A stretch of DNA of 64,000 nucleotides from Strigamia acuminata (taxonomy: Eukaryota): contig OX442314.1 in the NCBI GenBank assembly GCA_949358305.1, forward strand, positions 2,790,001-2,854,000, in the 5' to 3' direction. This document shows, in pieces, positions 11,433 through 23,761 of the stretch; position 1 is the stretch's first letter; every line of letters starts with the position of its first letter. The notes below the pieces were generated by a model that did not search any database, was not told the DNA's origin, and worked only from the letters and a program-made list of their open reading frames with translations. The translations under genes were made by a program, and so were the position numbers.

Positions 11433-12199
11433 AGTAATGCGCACAAGTTGAATCAGTTTTCGTCTTCTCATTTGGTGAATTCGACCTGCTGGTCGATTTG
11501 AATTCTCTCTCTCCATTGATTCTTATAAGTGCAGTTATCGATGTGGCACGAAGCTGTTGAGATTAATATTGATTACTTTAATTCATTGTCAGCTGCCATA
11601 CTGTATTATGCAAATTGCTTTCATGTGTAGTAACATTTTCTGGAGAGTTTTTACGACTTGAAAGTGGTTCTGTGTACAGTTGACACAAATACCAGGAGCG
11701 AGTGAGCAATATTAGTTAAAAATTAGAATGAAAAATGTTTAATACACCTTCCACGTCTCTGATTATAGAACAGTAAACTTCCCACAAAACTACCCTGTTT
11801 TTAGGGAGGAAAAAACAGGGCCAGGTCAAGACCTGTCAGTGCCCAGTGCGATTCTATAATTATGCGAATTTTAAGCTCTAGGCGACTGTGTAAAGGCCTA
11901 ACAACAATAATTTAGTAATGTACTGTAATAAACTAATAATGTATATTATCCTAACAATGTCATTTTCTTATTACTAAACAAAATTTAACAACATGCTCGA
12001 AAACATTTTGCCGGGGGTTGTAGTTCTCGCCCAGTGTGTTCATGCTAAATTCAACTTGCACACTATTGATCTCTTTTTAATCTTCATGACATGCGTTACT
12101 CCACACACTACCCAATGGGTCACCGTGGGTAGACACGGTGGCCAGCCCTTCACATCGGTTTTCTTTTGCACATTAGTAGTGCTAGGAAACTGACGTGAC

Positions 12200-13130
12200 A
12201 CCCACATTGACATTAAGGCAGCATACCTGTATGGGGATTTGGACATACCACAATACATGGCTATTTCCAAGGGCTACCAGATAGATGCAAATGTGGGAAA
12301 GTGTCGGCGACTTCAAAAGGCCTTGTACGGATTACATCAAGCTGGGCGCATGTGGTTTCAAAAGCTACACTCGGAATTGCTAAACAATAAACATAGGTTT
12401 TGCTAGTTTCGCTATCGTCTCAGGTCAAGACGATACGATATCTTTTGCCACGCTCGTTTTTCGGTGATTTCAACACCGCCACTTCGCCTCATAAGTCTAC
12501 AAGTGGTAGCAGAGGACTGGAATCAATCCATTATACAGTCTTGACACGTTTTCTTCCTGATTTCCGCGAGATTTTCACGATTTTTCGTGAAATTTTGCGT
12601 TTAATTTCGTTTCAGATTTCCGACGATTTTCGACGATCAAATACGGCTTCTCTGCAACGTTTCGACGACGTATCTCATCGAGATTTCTCGATTTTGCGCC
12701 TCGGAGTGCAGTCGGTCGGCGATTTTCGACGATTTATCGATCTTTTGAGGCATTTTTGATGCGATTTGACGGTTATCATCTGCTTATACATCGAACCGTG
12801 GACGTTCTCAAAATCGCACACCCCGTCCTCTCATCTGTGAAGTGTTTTAATTGCGAAGAGATAAGTGTCCTCAACCGCGTAAAGACAATCGTCAAACGAC
12901 CCCGACTGCTTCTTTCCAACGGCAATCGCGGAGTAAGAGTCAACGCCGCAACAAAAACACCAATTCGAAACCGGCAGATGGCAAACCGAGGGGAAATTCT
13001 CAAGTGCGACGTGAATCCAATTTCTTCGTGAACGCGCCTCCGCAACAAATTCAGCTTCCGTCGGTACATTTTATGCAAGGCCATGAATGGATTGTAGATT
13101 GCGGTGCGACCGATCGCCTTCCAATCCGTA
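12200..13130 (+). mobile_element. Degraded Ty1/Copia remnants (RT fragment ~12203-12385; protease-like fragment ~13080-13120)
   Basis: Translation HIDIKAAYLYGDLD...LQKALYGLHQAGRMW matches the Copia RT pattern. WIVDCGATD resembles the Copia protease motif WxxDSGAT. The pieces are out of order and fragmentary. Confidence 0.7.
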
Positions 13131-13224
13131 CAGAGTACATTGTATCTTCAATTCAAAATTTGACTTACCGTTTTCTCCAGTTCACGACTTCATGATGGTC
13201 ACTGAAGTGATCGGCTAACGCTTT

Positions 13225-14390
13225 AGATTAATCTACATGCAAAATTTTTCATCTTTTATTCATGTCACACTTCAACAGTGAATCAGATGTACTGTATAAT
13301 TTCTAATTTTAAAGAAAATGAATTTTAGACATTGAAGTTTCTTGCGTGAGTTTAATCTAAATGCAAAATTTTTCATCTGTTATTCATGTTACTTTTCAAC
13401 AGTGAATAATTCATCAGATGTACTGTATAATTTCTAAATTTAAAGAAAATAAATTTTATGAAGTTGAAGTTGCTTCAATGAGTTTGATCTAAATGCAAAA
13501 CATTTCATTTGTCCTTCTATGTCACGTTCCAAAAATGAATAATTTACCAGATATACCATATAATTTCTAATTTCAAAGAAAATCGTATGAAGCAGGAGTT
13601 TGTGTGACCGTTGGTTACTGACACTTATTACCAGTTGTTATGCTGGGCAGCGCCCCCTGTCAGGTGGTGCTGCCGGTCCCAGAAGTAGTCTGGCAACCAA
13701 TGGAAAGCAAAGACTGGCAAGGTCTCGTGAATGAGCCATTCTTAGACCAGTTCTTTCTGGAACAGCAAGCCTGTGCAGAGACACAGCAGAAATCATATCT
13801 CGCTGGCCACGAGGTCTCTTAACCACATGGTCAAGGGTAGATATTGGGTTGGGTTGTAGCAATGCAAACTAGACAAGGAAAACACTTCTGGGAACCAAGC
13901 CCTAGAAAACTATGTGAATAAAGGCCAATACAAATATAGTTTCTAGTTGTTGTTTTCTTCTAAGTGAGATCAGTCCAGCATCACTCATGCCATGTGATGT
14001 CTGTCTACCACTAACATTTGTTGAATGAGTTTAATCTAAATACAAAATATTTTATTTATTATTCAATGTTCCAAGAATGAATAATTCACTAAACATACTG
14101 TATAATTTCTAATTTCAAAGAAACTCAACTTGATGAAGTTGCAGTTTCTTGTTTGAGTTTAATCCAAATGTAAACATTTAATGTGGTACTTTCCAATAAT
14201 GAATAATTCACCAGATCTGTAGGTACTGTTTAATTTAGAATTTCAAAGAGAATCTGATCTACAAAGTTGCACTTTTTTGAACAAGTTTAGTCTAAATGCA
14301 AAACATTTCATTTGTCGTTTTATGTCATGTTCCAAGATGAAATAATTCACCAGATATACCATATAATTTCTAATTTCAAAGAAAATCTTA
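13225..14390. repeat. Degenerate ~130-bp tandem repeat, interrupted at ~13590-14020
   Basis: TAATCTAAATGCAAAA...ATAATTCACCAGAT...TATAATTTCTAATTTCAAAGAAA recurs at ~13229, 13353, 13485, 14033, 14161 and 14290. Confidence 0.75.
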
Positions 14391-15244
14391 AGTTAAATGT
14401 TTTTTTTTTAAAAAAAGAAAAAACAAATTAGCAAATTGAGAATTTTTATCTTATGAAAATAAAATAATTTAAGCATTAAAAAAATACGGTGGTTTTTCTT
14501 GTTTACTAGCATAATAATAAAAATTTGAATACATTTATTGAACAAATTCAGTACTTTTGGAGTAGAAATTTAAGTTTTGCCACAATGGCTGGCTTTACCT
14601 CAGCTGATTTGTTTCATTTCAAATTGAAAATATTTAACTGAAGATGGATGACATAAGTTGCATAGTACTAATTCGATGGTGTTCTTCAACTTTGTAATTG
14701 GAAATTTTGCTGTATCTTAAACGGTTTAAAAGTTAGGAAGTAAATGACCTTGAAGATGACCTTCCGGGTCAAATTTAAGGTCACCACTGGATAGCCCAAC
14801 ATCGACTTCCTATATGCCTACATTAACTTCCTATATGCCTACATCAATAGAATTGATATATCTTCAATCATTTTCAAGAAAAAAAGGTGTTTCCAGACTT
14901 TTGACTCACCCTGTATAAGTGCTATACATTTTAGGTTATTCATTATTAATTGTTCAGCATTGAAACAAACAACATGTCTCGAATCAACAAGAATTAAGAC
15001 GACGATACTAACCGAGACGACGGCAAACGAGACCAACGCGGCAAAAAAACAAATCGATTTTGGAGTAAACGAAACAGTTAAGCAAAAGTATTAGCTGAAG
15101 ATCATGCTTACACCCGCAATTTAGCTGTTTTCGTTTCTCGACTAACATTTCATTTTCCATGAAAAAGAAACACGGGATCCACCAGGTAGCGCTGAGTTAT
15201 TTTTCAAATTTTGGCATAATTTGGCATTTTCATCCATTTAACTC

Positions 15245-18111
15245 TTTCAACGATCTTCTAATGACTTTTAAACAACCTTCAAATGACCTTCAAACAATCT
15301 TAAAATGATCAATCAACGATTTTCCAACGATCTTCCAACAACCTGTAAACGACCTTTAAACAACCTTCAAACAACCGTCAAACGACCTTTCAACAACCTT
15401 CAAATGACCTTCAAACGATGTTTAAACGACCTTCCAATGATCAATCAACGACCTTCTAACTACCTTCCAACAACTTCAAACGACCTTCCAACAATCTTCC
15501 AACAACCTTCAAACAACCTTCAAACAACCTTCAAACAACCTTCAAACAACCTTCCAATGATCAATCAACGACCTTCTAATTATCTTCTAACGACCTTTTC
15601 ACAACCTTCAAACAACTTTCAAATGACCTTCCAACAACCTTCAAATGACCTTCAAACGACCTTTCAATGATCAATCAACAATTTTCTAACTATCTTCCGA
15701 CGATCTTGAAACAACCTTCAAGCAACCTTCAAACGACCTTTCAAGAATCCTCAAACGACCTTCAAATGACGTTCAAACGACCTTTCAATGATCAATCAAC
15801 GACCTTTTAACCACCTTCCAACAATCTTCAAACGACCTTCCAATAATCTTCCAACAATCTTCAAACAACCTTCAAACAACCTTAAAACGACCTTTCGACA
15901 ACCTTCAAACGACCTTCCAATGATCAATCAACGATCTTCCAACAATCTTCCAACGACCTTTAAACAACCTTTAAACAACCTTCAAACAACCTTCAAACGA
16001 CCTTCCAATGATTAATCAACAACTTTTTAACGATCTTCCAATAACCTTTAAACATCCTTCAAACAACCTTCAAACAACCTTCCAATAATCTTCAAACGAC
16101 CTTCAAACAACCTTCCAATGATCAATCAACGACCCTTCAACAATCTTCCAACGACATTTAAACAATCTTCAAACAACCTTTAGACGACCTTCAAACGATC
16201 TTCAAACAACCTTCAAACGACCTTTAAACAACCTTTAAACAACCTTCAAACAACCTTTCAAGAACCTTTAAACGACCTTTAAACAACCTTCCAACGACCT
16301 TGAAACGACCCACCATTGACGACTTTCCAACGATTTTTTAACGACCTTTAAACAATCTTCAAACAACTTTTAAATGACCTTCAAACGATCTTCAAACAAC
16401 CTTCAAACGACCTTCCAACAACCTTCCAACAACCTTCCAACCACCTTCAAACAACCTTCAAACGACCTTCCAATAATCAATCAACGACCTTCTAACGATC
16501 TTCCAACAACCTTTAAACAACTTTCAAACAACCTTCAAACGACCATCCAACAACCTTCAAACGAACTTCAAACAACCTTCAAACGACCTAACCTAACCTG
16601 GGTCACCACAACAGTATAGTCAATTATTTATTTATTGAATAAACAAAAGGTTGAATTTCAACGACTGCATGGTAAATTTTGTGGACATTTTCAAATATTT
16701 CAACCTTGAAAATATAGTTACTCACATCACTTAAATAAAGTAACAATTTCACAAGTGTCATCTTTAAAGACGGATGGAGTCAAATTTGAGTTTGAAAATC
16801 GGTTGAGGCAATGAGAACACTACTTGTTGCATACATTTAGAAAAGTGAAACTGAATTTTTATTCTTGTGCAGAATTACAATAGAGGGATTAAGACCCCCT
16901 CTTTTCTATGAAATAACATACAGTAAGATGGGTCACAAGTGAGTCTTTTGACACCTGCATCACTGTGGTCAAAAACACAACTAATTTAATTCGCTTTGGA
17001 AACCGTCAGTTTACACAGTGAGAATGTAAAATTTGTTTCCTAATGCAAACTGTTCTAGGAACCCACCTGTAGGATGCAGTTAGGTTCCTAGACGACTCAC
17101 CTAGCAGAGGAAGCCTGTACTAAAATGGGTCTGCCCATCGAAAGAGAATTCCGGTTATTTTTATCAAGGACGACTACTCCCAAACGACCTTTTAATTATC
17201 TTCCAACGACCTTTTCACAACCTTCAAACAACTTTCAAATGACCTTCCAACAACCTTCAAATGATCTTCAAACGACCTTTCAATGATCAATCAACAATTT
17301 TCCGACTATCTTCTGACGATCTTAAAACAACCTTCAAGCAACCTTCAAATGACCTTTCAAGAACCTTCAAACGACCTTCAAACGACGTTCAAACGACCTT
17401 TCAATGATCAATCAACGACTTTTTAACCACCTTCCAACAATCTTCAAACGACCTTCCAACAATCTTCCAACAACCTTCAAACAACCTTCAAACAATCTTA
17501 AAACGATCTTCCAACAACCTTCAAACGACCTTCCAATGATCAATCAACGATTTTCCAACGATCTTCCAACGACCTGTAAACGACCTTTAAACAACCTTCA
17601 AACAACCTTCAAACGACCTTTCAACAACCTTCAAATGACCTTCAAACGATGTTTAAACGACCTTCCAATGATCAATTAACGGCCTTCTAACTACCTTCCA
17701 ACAACTTCAAACGACCTTCCAACAATCTTTCAACAACCTTCAAACAACCTTCAAACGACCTTCCAATGATCAATCAACGACCTTCCAACAATCTTCCAAC
17801 GACGTTTAAACAACCTTCAAACAACTTTCAAATGATCTACCAACAACCTTCAAATGACCTTCCAACAACTTTCAAATGATCTTCAAATGACCTTTCAATG
17901 ACCAATCAACGATTTTCTAACGATCTTCCAACTACCTTTAAACAACCTTCAAACAACCTTTAAACAACCTTTCAACAACCTTCAAACGATGTTCAAACGA
18001 CCTTTCAATGATCAATCAACGATCTTCCAACAACCATCCAACAACCTTCAAACGACTTTTTAACAATCTTCCAACAACTTTCAAACAACCTTCAAACAAT
18101 CTTCAAACAAC
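15245..18111. repeat. 11-mer-based satellite (CAAACAACCTT/CAAACGACCTT) with a ~600-bp unique spacer at 16587-17180
   Basis: Directly visible tandem units; the plus strand is strongly G-poor. Confidence 0.95.
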
Positions 18112-18783
18112 TGTTACGAATCAACTTAGATGTTTAATTGATTTGATCTGAATTTACGCGCAAGGTGATGTTAGCGCAAATCAGCGGGCAAAGTTCGTAG
18201 ATTTACTCTGTTTGTGCCATCGTCATATGCGGATATCGGACGGTGAATAAACCTAACTCGCTGTAACACACATTATTTATATTCGACGGGCTCAATCTCA
18301 CGTTGTGGGTCTTTACGTTTAAAAAGAATGAGTATGCGCAGTGATATTCGTATGCGGGTGGGCATAGGATGTCACAGGCATGCGAAGGGATAAAAGGTGG
18401 GCAAAAAGAGGCGCTATTAAGTGTTAAATTAGAAGAGGCGCGTGTTAAAGCGCAAAATAAAGATTGACAAACTCAATTCAATCTAAGAGGTGTTAACTCG
18501 TTGAAAGAGGTATGAGAAGTGTCGATTATGGATAAAAGTAGCGACCAGGTAAACATGAGTCATGTGACCAGGTCGATTGGAGTGGGTGAGGGGGTGGAAG
18601 GTATAAAATAAGGTTAATTGTTGGAAATAATAAGATGCGCGCAATGAGGCTGCGCATATATTTAGAGATGATTCATCAATGTTAGATGAAAAGAAAGATT
18701 GGGAAAAAATAAGAAAACTTAAGATTGGGTCAGTCTAAGTTAGAAATGAATAAAAAAGAAGGGTGGGTAACCTGCCCGTGACA
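18112..18783 (-). repeat. 3' LTR of Gypsy element 2
   Basis: Direct repeat of 31479-32150. Confidence 0.97.
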
Positions 18784-20674
18784 TCCCTCCCCCCTTAGGC
18801 TTTTATTATTCGAGATTTATCGAAGAGAATAAAAGGATAAGAGACAAGGAAAGTCATACAATAATAATGCGCTATGCGCAAAAACTATACAAATTCTCAA
18901 AAAATAAATTAAATAAATTAAACAACAAAAAAGAATGATGCGCGTCTGCGCAAAGACTTAACAACTTTGTCAAAAATAATGCACGTGGTGCAAAAACTTA
19001 ACAACTTTGTCAAAATAATAAACAAAAGTTAAACAATACCAAATTAAATATCAAAAATCAATTAAATTATTAGAGACAGAGAATTAATAAATCACCATGG
19101 CTTTTGAAAATAAATTTAAACTAAGATTTTTGTAAAGTCACAATGGTAAATTTTAAATCATTCTACTCGAAATCACAAGACGAACAGGGACGACACAAGG
19201 AGGGCGAACACTAAACCTAAAGGGGCCGACGATACCTAGGACGGACGAGAGTCTATACACTTTACCCAAACAATTTATAAAATAAAAATTTTAAACACTT
19301 TTACTTTTTTGTATAAACAAACTTCTGCTTTCTGTATAAAAATCATCGAATAAACAATTTTAAATTAAACAAAAATAAAGAGCCGACACATGAGAATTAT
19401 CAAGAATCAGGATGGGATTTATTAAATCAGATTGGGTATTTATGTTATGGTAGGATGCGCGTAATTGCGCAAAACAAATACAAAATAAAGGTAAGGTACA
19501 AAATTATGCAACCTGCATAAGGTAAGTATGATTTCAGATTAATTAGGAACTTTTAAATGGATGCGCGAAACTTTGCGCAAGGATAATTTAGGTTATTAAT
19601 TCTATGAATGAAATGGAAAATAGAAACATATAAAATATTATAAAACATAACAAATACCCGCGCGCACAATACTACTCGTATTGCCACGGAATTAAATATG
19701 TTGATCAGAAGATATCACAAAATTAAATGAAGGGTCAAAAAAGTATCACAATAATCTTGATTAAATGCTAAATAGTTAAAGAAAAATATTCATTAAATAA
19801 ATTTAAACATTGAATACTAACTTGGATCATTCCAGAATAATTGCGCTAAAATAAAGGTTAACTGAAATCAAATGAAATTAAATTCAAAATTAAATAGAAT
19901 TAAATTCCTAATCTTTAGGACGATTGTTATAATTAAATGAAGGTAATTCTGGAATGATTATGGCACAGAAAGATATTAAACTAAAATAGATATTTCAATA
20001 ATATAACTAAAAAAATTATCAAAATCATAATTGCACTTAAATAAAAACATAATTGTAGCACTAAAAATCTAATTGTCCGATTCTAAAGCACTAAAAACGT
20101 AAAAATAATTAAATAAAAATATAAATTATCAGTGAGAATTATCACAATTGAAAACTTGCGCAAAAATAATAACATTTATGATGAAACACTAATAATAATT
20201 ATTTGTTCTTCAAATCGACACATTACCGCTGCCCAAGCTCGTTCCATCAAGTCCTCCAACTCGAGAGATGTTTTACGGAGCGCCTCATCAATGGAATCGC
20301 ATGGCGGAACGGAAAAATGATGAAGATTTAAAGATGATAAAGTTTTGTGGATACCATGTAGATATTGGAATGCAGGCCGGCCCAAACTCAACGCACAAAT
20401 GCGGAGATGTTTTATTAGGGCATTTACCAGAGATCCACGATCTGGCGGCGCATTTTGGACACAATTAGAGATGAAAATATGATGAAAACACAAAATAATG
20501 ATGAATGGTAGGTTGAAGTGCGCACAAAGTCTTCGCAAATCACCAGGATCCTCGTATCAAGTCCTTCAACTCAACGCCGAAGCGGAGGAATTTTACGAAA
20601 CGCCCATTGATGTGATCTCCTGACTTCAATTTGCAAAAAACTTGCGCACACAAAGTCACGTTTAGGATTGTTGT

Positions 20675-22948
20675 TCACTCGAATTCCAAGGTTTGACGAT
20701 GTTGAGGATCTCGGAAATAGATTAGCATATTAAATGCCACTTCTACCACAACACGTCGCGCATCTTGGAATGAACGTGCGCCCTGCCGATTTATCTCGAA
20801 AAGACAGTGGGCCAAAAAATATTCTCCATACCTCCGGTAGAGAAGATGCAACAATGGATCAGCCTCCGAACGAAGCATATGCAAGTCCGCAATGGCTAAA
20901 GATCGGAGAAGCTGTCGCTGAGCCCGAATCGACATATCAAATTGGAGACATCCTCGTTCTCCCTCAGCAAAGTTACAACGAATCGTGGTGGGAGGCATCA
21001 AGCTTGGAAGAAGTTCCAAAGTTATGAATGGTTGGGTTGCATCCCACTCACCTCGTCTTGTGCGTGGGGCAGGAGGCAGGAACACGTATCGATAAACAGT
21101 CGAACACCGTATTTCGCGCAATTCGGTTAAACGGGTCCGCTCTCGATTTCGTCTGAATTCCTCCTCACTAGCCTCCTCCACGGCTCGTCTATCTGCCCAA
21201 TGTCGCTCGCCGAGTCGTTCTATCTCCATCTCATATCTTCGCATATATTCCAGATTTCGTCGCTCGTCGCCTCCCCTTCTATCTACGTGATGTCGGTCGG
21301 CGAGTTGTTTCCTCTCCATTTCATACCTTCTTCGGTATTCCGGATTTTGTCGTTCGTCGCCTCCCTCACGTTGCTCACGTCGCCTTAGAACCTGGTGAAG
21401 CACTTGGGAGACCTCCTCATGCATTACCCATATTAATAACTCCAGCGCATTTACGCGGTCGTAAAGGTCACATTGACTCAAGCGATGCTGAATCTGGTTG
21501 GACATGGTACGTATGCGTAGAAGCATTTCGTTAAATACTTCTTGAAAATCGGCTTGTAGGATATTAAAATCACGGTCCATCATAAAATTTATCAAAGTTA
21601 TCCAACCTCGACGCTCCATATAGAATCTGGATGGTGAGGAATGCACATCTTGCGCATATACATTTACCTCATATCGGTTCAATAATTCGTAAATAACTTC
21701 AAACGTATGCACCGGTTTTGTGCTAATTCCAGACCTGTCTGTGAATAAATCACAATGAGTAGCTGACGTAGTTGTTGATGTACCATCGCCCAGCTGGGGT
21801 TGCGCTGATTCCAAATGCGACCCTGTCAAGTATAGTCGATCAGAAATAGTTACTGTGCTGTTAGGGGGTATAGTTGCGCTGGTGTTTCCCAGGGGTGCAT
21901 TTGGTACAACTCGAAAATGAGATATAAGGACAGGAATTTTGGATTTTTGCGAAGTCTCACGAGGTACAATCTTTACTGTTGCTCGCCTACTCAGTTCACC
22001 TGAGACTGGTCTTCTGGTTGGGGATTGTGGCAAATTGACTGTACGCGGATCCCTTGCTTTCTTCTCAGGTCCTTGCGCATTTATAACTTGATCAGGAGGT
22101 GTCTCGATGATTACCTCATTGATTGGTCCTAATAATGGCGGAGTAGTACTCAACTCGGATCCACAGTCTCGCACTGGCGGCGTGCTGGCCCGTTCCCGCT
22201 CAATCTCCTCGTTTTCCTGTTCTATCCTTCCGTCTGATACTGCACTGTCGCATTCACAACATAAATTCAAAGTCAAATCCGGGGATGCAGGTGTCAGGCT
22301 AGGTTGCGCTTCAAACCGCGACGAGGCGCTTGCAAATAACGCATCATCGTCACCACTGCTCCAGCTATCATCAGATTCGACTGGCAAATCCGACAAATGC
22401 GCAACAGCCCGCGCAATAGCCTCTTGAACCTGGTGTACATTACCATCGAGGGTTTCCTGAAGAGATGAAATAACTTCTCGTCCCATTATTGCACGCGTCG
22501 ACGACTGCTCACGATGTAATGGGTCCTCAGCCGGTGAATCAAGAAGTTGGGCGATGTTGGTACCAGGGTAAATCCATTGTCGAAGATTAATATGACTTGT
22601 CTGCGCCAATCGTCGCGCACGCTGCCAATACCAGCGGTGTACCGTCTCAAATCGCAGAACTGAAGCCGGACTTCCGTTGAGCGACCTAAACGGCGGAAAT
22701 GTAACGCCGCCAATATTTATGTTGTCTTGCCTGCGTCGACGTAACACCCATCCAAAAATCTGTCTCATCCAAACCGCGAATAAATCCCTCGGCAAGTCGC
22801 CATTCCCGTTGCACGCTCGACAGGTGAGAGCGGCTCGCGGCGGGTCCTCCTCCATACCATGGCCTGAGCAGACCGGGCATATCTCGTGGCTCGGAAAACC
22901 CGTACCGAATGCTTCTACAAAAGGTTCCTCGTCCCGATTGGAAGCCAT
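20675..22948 (-). CDS. ORF3 of Gypsy element 2: 757-aa protein of unknown function with an N-terminal CxxCxGxG x2 zinc finger
   Basis: Long intact ORF between pol and the 3' LTR. ATG context is ACCAACATGG. Contains CPVCSGHG...CRACNGNG. No obvious signal peptide or TM anchor. Confidence 0.85.
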   Translation of the reverse strand: MASNRDEEPFVEAFGTGFPSHEICPVCSGHGMEEDPPRAALTCRACNGNGDLPRDLFAVWMRQIFGWVLRRRRQDNINIGGVTFPPFRSLNGSPASVLRFETVHRWYWQRARRLAQTSHINLRQWIYPGTNIAQLLDSPAEDPLHREQSSTRAIMGREVISSLQETLDGNVHQVQEAIARAVAHLSDLPVESDDSWSSGDDDALFASASSRFEAQPSLTPASPDLTLNLCCECDSAVSDGRIEQENEEIERERASTPPVRDCGSELSTTPPLLGPINEVIIETPPDQVINAQGPEKKARDPRTVNLPQSPTRRPVSGELSRRATVKIVPRETSQKSKIPVLISHFRVVPNAPLGNTSATIPPNSTVTISDRLYLTGSHLESAQPQLGDGTSTTTSATHCDLFTDRSGISTKPVHTFEVIYELLNRYEVNVYAQDVHSSPSRFYMERRGWITLINFMMDRDFNILQADFQEVFNEMLLRIRTMSNQIQHRLSQCDLYDRVNALELLIWVMHEEVSQVLHQVLRRREQREGGDERQNPEYRRRYEMERKQLADRHHVDRRGGDERRNLEYMRRYEMEIERLGERHWADRRAVEEASEEEFRRNRERTRLTELREIRCSTVYRYVFLPPAPRTRRGEWDATQPFITLELLPSLMPPTTIRCNFAEGERGCLQFDMSIRAQRQLLRSLAIADLHMLRSEADPLLHLLYRRYGEYFLAHCLFEINRQGARSFQDARRVVVEVAFNMLIYFRDPQHRQTLEFE

Positions 22949-23761
22949 GTTGGTTTCAATATTCGTTGGGAATATAATGCGCCTAAGTTGGTGGAGGTAA
23001 TGCTTATATAAATACACAGAACAAATAATACGTTTGACAAACGATACTCACAATTACGACGCGCAACAACACGAACGCGCACAGAACGAAACAAACAACG
23101 AAGACTAAAGAATATTCCCCGGAATGTAACGAGTCATAAAACTTTGCTTCGAGAAGCTTCGATGAACGATTGAAAACTCGCACATGTAATAAAGTCGGGT
23201 TCGAGGTTAAACACTAACTAATTGCAATTGAAGGGCGACATTCAGTGTTGGAATTCGGAAGTTAGCGAAGGTTGTCTTCGCTCAAAACTCTTGTTTTAAA
23301 GTGATTAAATAAGGATGGTGAGATAAACAAGTAATAATTCAGAACACAGAATATTAATTTAAATAAAGTGCGCATAAATTATATTGATTGAATAATTTAA
23401 ATGAATTGTGGAAATAGCCACGTGCTATTGTTTAGAGGTTAATTGGCATTGCGCACTCTGGTGACGGACATAGTCCCTGATTGAAACGGACTTAGCCATT
23501 TTCGAGTGACCGAATATGAACATAAAATACATAACACAAAACATTAAATATAAAATATAAAGAAAACATAAAATAACATAAAACATAAAAATTTAGGATG
23601 AATAAATTTAAAATAAAGGGAAAAATAGTTTTTAAACAAAATAGGTAGTAAAGATAGATTTACACCGGATTACACTTGGTTTTTTTTTTTTTTTTTTTTT
23701 TTTTGTTGTTTCGTTTGTGTTTTCCCTTTTTTTTTTATTTAGCTTAAAAAATAGAAGAAAA

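Noticed and set aside
15305..17679. ORFs made of QPSNNLQTTFK-type repeats
   Set aside because: They are translations of the 11-mer satellite, with frequent stops and no gene structure.
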